NCBI GenBank assembly: GCA_051294905.1
Contig: CM119371.1
Coordinates: 7,256,001-7,320,000 of the forward strand
DNA from: Botryllus schlosseri
Taxonomy: Eukaryota
DNA: 64,000 nucleotides
Direction of reading: 5' to 3'
The notes beneath the pieces are model-generated. The model did not search any database. It saw nothing but the letters and a program-made list of their open reading frames with translations, and had not been told where the DNA came from. The position numbers and the translations under genes are program-made. This document shows, in pieces, positions 25,321-37,398 of this stretch; position 1 is the stretch's first letter; every line of letters starts with the position of its first letter.

Positions 25321-25979
25321 ATTCGTCTTTCGAAAGGCACAAAAAAAAAATATTTTGACGTTTATAATTTTTTTTTCGTGTTCATGGAAAACATTCATCG
25401 GTGATCATGGTGAACACTTTTCGATGTCTGACTGCCATCGAAGAAGTGCCAAATGTTCTGCTATCACTTTACCATGACCTGTTCATTACAACTGTGACTG
25501 ATCTGGGCATGTCTGGCTGCTATGCTTATTCTGTTATTCACTTACCGGTGAAAATTTCTGGGGTATCGACGCTTTACCATCGACTCTTCATCACTACTGC
25601 CGTTACTATTACTTCTCCCATACGACTCACTGGATATCTTGTTCCGCCTTTTACTACACCCATAGGCACAGCAAAGGCTACCACTACCACCTGATGAACG
25701 TACTATCTTCGACATGTCGAATTACACAGAATATCAATATACTGACACGAGATATTGGGCTGAAACAAATCCTGAATGTTAGAATAATTAGTCATTCAAA
25801 GCTCTATACGCATACAATACTACAGAGCCAACACGAATCAAATATATTCAAACACTGACCGCTTTTCCATAAGCCCCTGTACTAAATCGATTAACCGAGC
25901 ACCCACAATGCATCTGCGCATTGGGATCACGCAAATTTGCTTAGCTGGAGATAGCAGTAGTTCGGGGCTTGCGTGGATG

Positions 25980-26620
25980 TGCAACTGATAAATCGCTTCT
26001 CAAAAGATTTGGTGTTCTAAACTTAGAAGATATGAGAAAGCTCGAAATTGCCAAGTTTATGTATCAGTTCCATTGCGGTGATCGAAGAACAACTACCATA
26101 CGATCGGGACTGAATACAAGAAAACGCATTGCTCTATCAAGTAGTCTATGATTCCATTGACAAATCCAAGTCGCTTCGACACCTTCCTGTCTATTCATTG
26201 TATCACATTTTTTGTGGTGTATTGAACTGATAAAATTGCTAATAAACCAATGAAGAAGTATGCCGGGCCTCAATTGTGGAACAGCATCTCGCCGGCTATC
26301 CGACAGTCGTCGAGCATGTCCAGTGTCCACATTCAAGTCGAAATACAAGCAATTTCTTCTAAATCAATACTAGCCAGTCTTCAGGATTACCGGACCACGA
26401 TCGAACATCTACCTCGCCCTCCGCCACATGCCACCTCATTTTGTCGCTTGTGTCTTATATTCTCGCGGCATTACTTTTCAGTGTGCATGCCTCTCATTTA
26501 CTTCGCCTAGGCTAAGGTGGGTGTCTGATCTTAATGGCTACTCCAAGTTGTTTCGACACCTTCCTCTCTTTTCATTGTATCGCAGTTTTGAAACGATGAA
26601 AATATTAATAAACCTGATTG
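25980..26620 (+). mobile_element. Rearranged CR1/L2 LINE 3' fragments (same family as 18955-19920)
   Basis: KSLLKRFGVLNLEDMRKLEIAKFMYQFHCG, YAGPQLWNSISPAIRQS, and shared 3' UTR gtggtgtattgaactgataaaattgctaataaaccaatga. Confidence 0.75.
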
Positions 26621-26910
26621 ATTGAAAAGTAATAGAAAACACACTAGCCCTACAAAGGGGTACAATCTTTGAAAATATATTTTCATTTACCATAGTTATG
26701 GGCCTAAACAACAGTTCAAGTAGTAGTGGAAGTGAAATTTCAACATGTCACCATTAAGCTGGAATACCTCCAGCAAAGAGTAGAGAAGATTATCTGCATC
26801 CGCGTGGATTCTCTCCCTGACTGTAAAATCTGCATTCACTGTGTACCCTTTGATAATAATTTGTTGTTATAGTCTCATGTTTGGTTGTTCTAAATCAGGG
26901 AGGGCCGGGC

Positions 26911-26949
26911 CAACGTCACTCAACTATGAGTCATAGATGAGTGACTTTG
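26911..26949. mobile_element. 39-bp palindromic mini-insertion with 8-bp TSD
   Basis: CAACGTCACTCAACTATGA-G-TCATAGATGAGTGACTTTG (17/19 paired), flanked by ggccgggc on both sides; absent at the paralogous site ~62895. Confidence 0.8.
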
Positions 26950-27334
26950 GGCCGGGCGACATACGGCCCGCAGACAGCTTCCGGTCGCATACGATAATGT
27001 GGCCCGCGTCTATATTATTCACTCGCTAGCCAACGTTTTCGACCATGAACATTAGCTTAACAAGACCAAGCTTCGGTTCCAATCAAACTTATGTTTACGT
27101 GAAGTCTTTACTGAGGATTTGTACGTCCAGCATGCAGCCATAGACTTCGAAGAACTTGTATCGACCACGGATTAACTTTAACTATTTAAGTACATTACGA
27201 TACTAAATTGATTGACTACTGTTTTTGGTATTTTGTTTTACGGACAAAGTTTCATTAAATGCGTTTTGTTCCTTGTATAGGTGGATAAAGACGCGATTGA
27301 CGCATCGATTCAGCAATCCGGCCCGTCGAATGGA

Positions 27335-27896
27335 GAAGATATGGGGAAGCTAGAAATCGCCAGGTTTATCCATCAGTTCAACTGCGGTCGTTGCCCCGAA
27401 TATTTCAATGACTTTTTTACCTCGGAATCAAAAGCGCACAAGTACAACACAAGCGCGTGCACGTCGTCCAAATATCATATGATCGACCGAAAATATCATC
27501 GCTCCATTAAGTATGCCGGACCTGATGTGTGGAACAGTATCCCGCCGGCTATCCGACAGTCGACGAGCATGACCACATTCAAGTCGAAATACAAGCAATT
27601 ACTACTAAATAAATACTAGTTCACCCTCAAGATTACCGGACCACGACTGACCTATCGATCTCGCCTTCCATGACATACCACCCCATTCTTGTTGCTTGCT
27701 TTTTCTATATTTTCTTTACTTTTCATTCAGTGTGCATGTGTGCCATGTGCATGCCTCCTCTTTACATCGTCTGGGCGAATGTGGGTGTCCGATTTCATAG
27801 ACTACTCCCAAGTCGCTTCGAGACCTTCCTACCTTTCATTGTATCGCATTTATGTGGTGTATTGAACTGATAAAATTGCTAATAAACCAATGATGA
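27335..27896 (+). mobile_element. 5'-truncated CR1/L2 LINE copy
   Basis: Near-identical to 18955-19530 in reverse; ends ccaatgatga; the paralogous site in unit B (ggagaagttgccc, ~63303) is empty. Confidence 0.85.
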
Positions 27897-30800
27897 AGTT
27901 GCCCGCCCCGGTTCTGAATGTTCACAGATAATAATCAGGTCGACAACTTGCTAGATTCCTATTTCATGTTTTCAATACAGTTTACTATTACAAACAGTAG
28001 ATGAGTAACAAACCCAATTGTGTCCGATTCATTTCGCAGAAAATGATGAGAATTTATTCTTACGCAGTTGTAAGCAACAGATAGGACAAAGGCAGAGGAA
28101 AATGTCAAACTAGCTGTAGTAACTAGAGTGAAATAATCAAGATTTCTGTACAATAATCTGTACATAGTAAGTGTTAGAATGTGTAATCTAAATTGCTGTT
28201 TTTCCTAAGTCAAGAAAGAGTCTATATTTTGGCTTTGAGAATATCTGCGAAACGCAATGCTTCTTGCCCTTTTCAAAGCCGTGGCTCCATTTCCATTTTG
28301 CAAATATGCTATGACCCACCACTAGGCCTCAGCCTCAATATTCTTTCAAGCGGCGGCAATACGGCAGTTGATATCAACTCATAGTTCGTTCTCATGAGCA
28401 CAAGAATGGCAAATGTATGTGTTGCAAGCTTGGCTCGTTTTGAACTGTACAGTTCTTCTGTAGCGAAATCTATCCAGTCGTCCAAGCCTGTCTGGAACGT
28501 ATCTGCCTTTTTGGGTCAATTGTTTGATTTGGGGGTCCGACTTGGATTGTTGCTTGGGGCCTACAGCGGGCTTCACCTGGTCACTAGATGTCGACAGAGT
28601 GAAGGAGGCGCTTTTCGTAATGAGTTCTCCCTCGTCAAATTTGAAATTTTGTTGGTGTCTGATTCCGTCGTCGTGACAACCTGTGACCCAGGAAGGGGGT
28701 CTGGGGTTTGAATTTGACGAATTCTTTGTTTGATTGAGCCGCCAAATTCTTACTCGCTTCGGAATGTCGCGCAGGACTGGGACGATTCACGTCCTATTCG
28801 ACCTGCAAAAATAGTAGGGGGTCAGTCATTATTAGCATTGGAATCAAGGGATTTTGAGGTATATTTTTCATTGCGATCCCAGGACTGACTCTTTTATAAT
28901 CCCGGTATTCCGAGGAAGCATCTGTCAAAGCTAAAGCAGCGCTTGCTTTGTAATTAAAGCAGCGTTGCAATATCAGAGGACTGTCTTAAAAACTATATAT
29001 TGCCGTGACAATAATACCAACTATGGTGAAACAATAAACGAAAACCAGTTGCCAGTTGTCTTCAATCTTTTTTCGTAATGGTACACCATTTTAAAGGTCA
29101 CTCAAAACTTGTACATCCCAGTTCACATATTACATCTAATCTGTAGTAATCCTAATCGGAAGAGGTATGAGTAAAGCTGCAATCAACAGGAAATGCTAAT
29201 GCTAAAAACTAATGAGCGTTCGAGATTACCAGATCACGATCTAACAGTGAATTTCAACGGCGGTCTACGAAAAATTTTCAGGAAACCGGAAAGCGAGGGT
29301 AGATCATGTGAACCAATTTTCTTCTAACTGCTTAAACTTCATGGTTTACATCAGTCGAATGACCGTTTCATACATATATCAAACGGCACCAGCTGATTTT
29401 AATTACCTGCAAACCTTTAGTCCATGGGTAGAACTATTGTTACAAACATTTTGCTGTTTGGAGCTGTTGAGGTTTGTGTAAAAACTGCAAATATGGAAAA
29501 GAGAGGTCAAACAGAGTGATCATAATCAGAAACCGCTTAAATGATGATATTCTCAGTGATCTCATGACTTTGAGTCTGTATTACAATAAATGAATGTAGC
29601 TTGCAAGAGTATATAACTACATCGCTATTCTCAGGGTTAAGGAGTAAAAATCGCAATCGCGGGATCCAAATTGTAATTCCGAAAACCCAACCCTAGTGTG
29701 CGACAACCCAAAAAAACTCACCATCTTTCGTGTGTACCTCACTTATTTTGGTGTCCATAATGAAAGAAAGTTTGCACCGATGATAGAAATCTCAACTTGC
29801 AAATTTCGAAGTACTTTAAGAAGATTCGTCTAGTTCTACAACTACCTCATGTGGTTCACTTTTCTACTCTTACATTTCTACTGAACAGATTTTTAGGAAA
29901 AGCTAGTTGCTTGTTACATTTTGGATTTTGCAAAGTGGAAAGCAGTTTTGTGATACTTGCAATCCTTACTGGAGTGGTAACAATTTCAAACTACTTCCGT
30001 TGTAGTTTTTTTGCAAACAAGGCCTAGAATAATTACCGTTTTCACTGATTGGAAATTTATACTTCTACATGCACTTGAGTATAAAGTTACAACACTGCTT
30101 ATCCTTTTATTTGAGTAGCAACGATGAATACTATGACATCTGATCCCGAAACAGCGATGTCGGTTCCTAACCCCAACCTTCACCCACCTTTTTACATCGG
30201 GATCAACTGTCTTTCCCTGTCGGAACCCGAACCAACGGTGGGACCAGGGGCACTTTCTTTCGGATAACCCCCAGCTAGTAGGCCGACCTTTGACCAGTTG
30301 GGTGCCGTGCTAGAAATCCATCCCGAACGAGGTCGACGCTGGAATAAAAGAGGGTCATTTTTTTGAGCTACACGAAGCAAATTGCGACACTGACTCGATT
30401 ACAATCATAATTGTAAATGCACAGTGTCTGCTGAATTAGATTAGAATTAGAGTAGAATGATAGCTAAACATTTTTTTCAACTGAGATTAGAATCCGTCCG
30501 AATTTACTGCAAATCAGTGCGCAATATTTATTGAATGATTTCTTCGTTAACTAGGAATGAGTAAATGCTGGATGTAGGCATCGGTAGGGCGTAAATAGCT
30601 GGTGACCTGGTGTGACAATGGGAAGGATAGCACAATGGTATGGAAATCCATTCGATATCCATTGATTCATTCAACACTGATATTGTCATCATTATGGAAA
30701 GAATGTTTGCCATATATTTGTAACACTATTGCCAATTCTGGATATGTTACAATTACAATATTTCACAGAAACTCACCTGTAATCATCACGATTCTTGAAA

Positions 30801-31231
30801 ACCTTGATATTGAGATTTTGTCTTTTGGCAGCTGACAAGGTCTGAAACAAAATCTCATTACTATGCATCAGGAAAAATAAGACTAGCACTGCTACTTGAA
30901 TATCATGTGGACAAAAGAACAGTAAATTATAAATAAAAACTTTCCACTAGTCACCTTGAACTGAATGGAGCACAAGAATGTAAAATATGCTATCTTAACA
31001 CATAGCCTTTTCTATTTTATTGCCTTTTATGTACAGCGCCCTAGTGTAGTAATGATATATTGCTATATTCGGCGCTCTATAAATTATCATGTTATTATTA
31101 TTATAGAAAATCTGTAACCGTGCACAGGGGCGCGTTTCACTTTGAATTACGGTACTCATTTATCTTTATGGCATCACAGAGATGTCGGCGTGTGCGTTAA
31201 TACCATTCGCGTAGGTTTGCTTGGTCATTAC

Positions 31232-32116
31232 TAGGGCGATTTTTTTTGACATGTCAAAAAAAGTCAAAATTAGGTCAAAATTGTAGCGTTAGGTAAAAAA
31301 ATGTCAAAATTGTTTAAAAAGTTGAAACTTTTTTGCAACCTGCATTTCGTTTGTATCGTAGATTTTGGACTGTCGGTGAACTTATTATTTGACATTTTAC
31401 AGCTTGTAGCCTACTTTATAGGCCTACCGTTGTAGACGGCCCATTGTCTGCTCATTGTGAATCATAAACATTCAAATGAAACAAATAGGCTGATGTGGTG
31501 TGCCTCAATATCCTCAATATCCGAACTGAAGCAAGCATGCGTGGGCATTGCATGGTTCTTATAGCAAGATGCGCATGATGAAAAATTGTGATGTAGATAG
31601 CATTTTCAAAATGAAGCAACACGGTGTGTCACCAGCAGTGTACGCACAACTTCAGTGCTGTCAGCCAAAAAGGCAACAACTGCTGCTGTTGATCGTTCTT
31701 TCTCCATTCTTGGCAAGCTACTTAGTAAAGACAGACAGTTTCTAGCCGTGAATGTAGGAAAGTATCTTCCCTTGTACCACAACAAATTTTAATTATTTCG
31801 ACCATAATTCGTGATGTAACTACTGGAATCCTTCATAGGGCCAGATTTCGTCGAAATACTAGTTTTTTCATGTAAAAATATGTCAGTTTTCAAGCCAAAA
31901 AAGTGTTTTTAGGCTAAAATACTTCATAAGGACAGACAGTTCCAACCAGAAATGAAGATAAGTAGTACAATTTTCACATTAGGTGCGAAAACACCTAATT
32001 TGCATACTCGAGGTCAAAATTTGGTCAAAATTCAGTTTTTTTAGGTAAAAAAAAGTCAAAATTTTGATTTGTTAAGTCAAAATCTTCCGATTTTTAGGTA
32101 AAAAAAAATCGCCCTA
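31232..32116 (+). mobile_element. Internally deleted hAT element with C-terminal dimerisation-domain relic
   Basis: TIRs TAGGGCGATTTTTTTT/AAAAAAAATCGCCCTA; TSD gtcattac/gccattac; TTAAVDRSFSILGKLLSKDRQF relic at ~31675-31742. Confidence 0.8.
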
Positions 32117-33317
32117 GCCATTACACATTTTCCAGAGTCAATGGAATTGCCCATCACACAGAAGAGGTCAACCAAAATGGCCACTTATGGATACAGAATA
32201 GGCCTGGTGCATGAATGCATGCTTTTAAACAAGTTTTTAAGGAGAGCGTGCAGTAAGCGCGGGGATTCGTCAATTAGTATTGTAGCCATTGGACAGATTT
32301 GTATCATTTTCATAAGTGAAATTAGTTGCGCTTACTAGTGATAAAGAATATAATTTCAAAACTCCTAACTATATTTGCATCGCTATTATTCATTATGCAT
32401 AACTTGCAAATGTTATTCATGCTATCGCTGGTAATTGGCTAACAAAGCCTGCGACGCAACTTTGTAAAGTTACTTACGGTACTTTGATTCTTTTCTGATC
32501 TTGCTCCTTGACTTTTACTTCAAGTAGTTTCGACAGCTCTTGTGAATTTTTATTTTACGTCTCATTGAATAAAAATTCCGTGGATGACTGCATCTTTAAG
32601 TGATGAGTAAGCGCAATGATGGAGCGTCGGATTCTCGATCGGTAGGCAGCGAGGTTGTGAACGTAGTTGGCGTGAATACTCTAGCAAAAATAGAAGTAAT
32701 ATTGTAGATCGCTAGTTAAACATAAGTAGGCTGGAAGTGGCGAAATCCAAGACGTGTTAAAAGTACTTCAAGTGGACCGAAATATTGTAGATTTGGTGGA
32801 TTGCTTGAATACATTTAGCCATTAATCAGACGCGGCTAGTTTCGAAATTGCAAGTTGTATCTTTGCGACCAACACAAGATGACTAATCACTATGGCAAGA
32901 TTTTGCAACTTTTTTCGATTTTTCATGCAACTTTTTCCTGCAACTTTATCAAGTATTGCGCAAAATGGAAATGAGGTCCTTTTTGATGAGGCGAGACCGT
33001 TGAAGACTGCATTTTCCTTACTCAGGCTATTGATTTTGTCAAAGTCGCATACACTGAGTTTACTGCAATGCCTTGGATCACATTTGCAGACCTAGGGGAA
33101 TTGAGATGGGGTATTTGACTTGTTTTTTTTTGGGGGGGGGGGGGGAGGCATACTCATAGCAGTTATCGGCGGTCGCTACTTTAGAAATTGGATGGAGCAA
33201 CGGGAACGACTAATGACAAAAGAAATAGGCCAAATTTTCAAAATTATAATTAGTTATCGCGATACAGGTGCTACTTTGCCTATTTTTCTAATGTTTCGTT
33301 CATGAAAAGGATCCAAA

Positions 33318-34646
33318 CAGGCACGTAACCAGAGCGCGAAAAAAGGGGGGGGGTTATGTTACGAAATTGGCTATTATGACGTCATCATTACGATCACTCG
33401 TCTCCACGCCATGGCGAATATTTATGATATATTATAGTTTAATAATAAAAAGAGATTTGCGGTGAGTGGGAGATGTACGAATACGATACAGACATTGTAT
33501 GAATATCGCGGTTTTTACGGTATGATTGAAACAAATTCGTAAATGCTCACATTTAGTCATGAGCTGGCAAACGCCGCCCGTCTTCAAGCGCCTAGTTCCG
33601 GCCAGAGATGCGCGATTTTGTCAGGTTTTGACGATATTATGCACACGGCCTGTAGTATAGCAGCGGACGAACAAGCGCGGAATAGGGCGGTAGCATTAAC
33701 GAGGGCGATCGCGATCGCCACAGAGAGGTGTGGTGTGAACCTGAACAGTGTACGTCGTACACGAATGTGTGCTTTTCGATGGCTTTACTAGCCGTACGGC
33801 TGAGCGTGTAGTACGCGCGAAGATAATAATTAGACCTTAATTGCAAGCACGCAAGTCAGTCAATTAATGCAGAGTACACACTAGGATAATAACTTGATCG
33901 ACAGAGAAACTTGTCAGCCGATATAATTAGGTTAACTTTACTACTAGGCCTACTCAATTGTCCCCTTCTGCGACAACATAGGCCTGTATTTGGACGACAG
34001 CAAGCCACCTAACAATGGGGAACGTGGATTGCTAGGCTTGTATTTTGAAATGTGAATGTCAATCGTAGGCCATTTCTCGTCAATAATCGTGAAGACAATG
34101 TGTATTTGAGAACAGCATTGTCGTACTGGTGCCGCCGTGTCTGCGTCTCGCTGATCAATCAACACGCCGTGCAATTCTTAATTAAGATTTCAAGGCGAGC
34201 AGGTGCAGCGAATTCGCGGGCGATGTTGATTGCCGACAACTTCGTCTTTGCAATTATGTATCGCATCGGCCTATTAGATTAGATTTTCCTAAAATGCGTC
34301 TCTCGTTTTGGTAAGGCGAGAGAGAAATCGAGGGAAGAAAGTTGAGAACGTCAGCAACTGCCACAGCTGAAATGTAGCTGAACAAGCGCAGAATTCGTAT
34401 GGAATTAGCGAAATATAATGACTTATTTTATCCTTTCGGCGAATTCGGCGCATAATTCCAATATTTTGTAGGGGTTTTAGTCCCCTTAAATAACATTAGG
34501 ACGCCATATTCGCCTTCTCATAACGTAAAAACGAATATGCTAAACTAATAAAGTGGCAAATATTAGAGGCTATATTTGACATCAATTTTTAGGATTTTGA
34601 AAAGGAGAGGGTTCCGACCCCCTAAAACCCCCTGGATACGCCACTG
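33318..34646. mobile_element. hAT-type non-autonomous element
   Basis: Termini CAGGCACGTAACCAG/CTGGATACGCCACTG; perfect 8-bp TSD gatccaaa (33310-33317, 34647-34654). Confidence 0.8.
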
Positions 34647-36890
34647 GATCCAAATATAAATCTATAATGTAAAAAGTAAGGAGTTATACCAAAAAACTTA
34701 GAAGCTGAAGTAACCAAAAAATCAAAACCCCTCAAGTAAGTCGTAAAAGTAGGTAAAACCGACTAGTGTATCCTGAAAAGTAGATTGTCATTGATCACCT
34801 CTGGATATGAGCTGGTAATTGTAATGTGAATAGAATACTGATGTCCATCCTAATTGTGGGTTGAAAATGCACAGCGCGATAAAACTCTATTGACTGACTA
34901 TTGGTAAACTTGCTTGACTCTGATCCAAAGTAAATCTTTGCCTGTGATGATAAAGAAAGGATGGACTAGGGTATAAACGATTCAAATTCTAATTCCACAG
35001 ACAGAAATAAGATCGTTACTAGTGGTTGAGTAAAGTTCGTTGTTGATAATTTTATCATTTCAGAACAGCCCCACATGGCTTTGATGGCGAATAATCTAAT
35101 CCGAAATCATTGATATTGAGGAAAGATAAACTCACTGTTATCTCCCGGGCAGATTCCAACTGATTGAGATCGGCTGAGATTGTCATGCAAACTTCTTTTA
35201 TCACCGAAGCCATCTCATATCAGACGACCACACTATTAAATGATATAATATATAAATATGAAGAATATGATTATCGCCTGATTGCAACCCACTGTAACAA
35301 AATCAAGAGTGGATATGAAAAGTAAATCAATGAATCTATATAGACCACAGGTTACTCAAACCTGACCATCATACCAGAATGTGTGGTAGGCCTATATGAC
35401 AAGTTACCGATAGTCGCCTCATTTATACATAATCGAGTAGGATAGGCATATATATAAACTTGTAACTTGTAAACTAAGCTCTGTTTGGGAGCAGATTTTG
35501 TTGCAAGTAAACGTTTTCAAGAGTGAATAACTTGAGTAAATATCATATGCGCCCCAAGAAGGGAGAGATGATCCACAGTCATTTAAAATTCCCATACATT
35601 GAGCCATTGAATACTGTGGTTTATTTTATACAGAATTATGGGAAGTGAGAAATTTAAAAGGGCCTACAGTAATCAGTAGGTTCCCAACTCCTGATATTGG
35701 TCATATATTCATATTGTAGAATCAATTGCACAAGTCATCAAAATCATTGACCATATCTATATTGAGTATGGTAAGGAACTAAATATATTATGGGCTGTAT
35801 CAACTAGAATTGTCGGCAGGATTATGCACTTTCGGACAATTCATGAAGTATATTTCCACAAAATTACAGGCTACAATTCCTATTACATTAATGGAATAGT
35901 ACGAATCTACCAAAAGTAGTTTTAACATATCACAATTTGAAAAACTGGACAGACAAAGTTTTGCCGCTTTGAAAAGAAAAATTGCCCAATTTTCAAGACA
36001 ATGTTGATGGATTGAAAATGAAATGAATCGAAAATTATAATTGTGAGTGACTTTATTTTTAATCACGTTTCAGCTGCAGACTTTTAAAAGCTGCTAATCT
36101 AGTTGGTTGTTGGTCAAAAGAGGTTCTAGTTGCAAATTTTGAAAGCGAGTAGTTTGGCGTGGAAAGTGATATTGGTGTTCTGTAGTGTGACGTTCTTGCA
36201 GCTATTGCTAGCTTGGAGTCAACACTATAGACACTACTAACAATGGCGTAGCCAGAAAATAGGTTTAGAGGGTCGAAAACAGGTGATTTCGAACTCCAAA
36301 CCCTGTTCTTTTGAAACGCAGACTATATTTCCAACTGCTATCGGTTCAAAGAATTATTTCCAACTGAGTAATTTGCATTATAAATACAGCAGTTGCTTCA
36401 GAACTGAAAATCCAGGAAGTTGTACAGTCTGCTCGTGCTCAGGTGAGTGCAATCTATCTCTTCACAAACACGGATCTGCAGATCTTAAAACATTGATCTA
36501 CTTTTGGTGTCACTATAGTCCATTTGTCTTGTGATATATCATACTTTTCGATTGCATTAGAGGTTTCTCCATCTGTTACTGCAAATATCCACTTGCCAAT
36601 GTGATAAGCAGAAACTAGACCATGACAATCATTCATAGAAGATAATGAAGTCCACTGAGCTGAAGTAACATCGTAACATTCTACGTTGTCGACACGGATG
36701 ACTTCATTTATGCTTCCGCTTTTCCCACCGATCAAAAATATCTTCTGATCAACTGCAACGACACCACACCCACATACAGGATATCTCATTGGTTCGAGAT
36801 CAACCCACTCTGATGATGCTGGAGTGAATCGGCAGAATGAAGAAACTGGGACAACACCTGGTCCTAAACCTCCGATACAATAGATGGAAT

Positions 36891-37311
36891 TATTACGGCT
36901 CTTCAAGATCAACTCGAATTACGTAGCAAGGCTCCCGGTAGTCAACGCGTACCACAACCAAATCCACACTTGTATATCCTTCAATATATTCGTTGACTAA
37001 AGCCAAGGCGCATGAATCTTCTTTTTGCAGTGGAAATACGGAAGTGATACGGTGAACTAAAAGTTACACAAAAACAGAATCAATACTAGCCTACTGAGTC
37101 CTACCTAACAATGCAAATCTTACCAATTTATTCCGGCAACAATCCTACACTAACATCATTGATCTTAATTACTAATTATGCCTGTAGAAAGGTAAACAAT
37201 TACTAAATATGCCAATTAAATATGAACAACAGCAGACCAAGAGCACGGCTTACATCAGAATCACACGCATGGCTTGGTACTTCTAAACAACGATGGTACG
37301 CTATCGTTACA
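36891..37311 (-). repeat. 3' LTR of BEL/Pao element
   Basis: Minus-strand TGTAAC...CCGTAATA, preceded by purine tract AGGGGGGGAA (37312-37321). Confidence 0.95.
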
Positions 37312-37398
37312 TTCCCCCCCTAGAAATGACTGCATTTCTAAATAACATTAACACCAAAACTAAACAGTTTAACAGTAAACAAAAAACTCCTCGTCGGG

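Larger units (their letters stand above)
22005..25450. mobile_element. Foldback-type element with ~750-970-bp inverted arms
   Basis: Termini GGCACTTCTTCGATGG/CCATCGAAGAAGTGCC; 8-bp TSD aaatgttc (21997-22004, 25451-25458); arms ~22005-22751 and ~24478-25450. Confidence 0.92.
2385..28370 (+). repeat. Segmental duplication unit A (collinear with unit B)
   Basis: Collinear homologous blocks: 2385~35085, 4300-7000~35630-45950, 7000~55460, 17270~58900, 26645~62283, 26785~62795, 27270~63208, 27900~63307, 28345~63905. Boundaries approximate. Confidence 0.85.

Noticed and set aside
28840..29695. Possible hAT relic (RNRLNDDILSDLM near 29528; ccctag end)
   Set aside because: No matching left TIR or TSD found.
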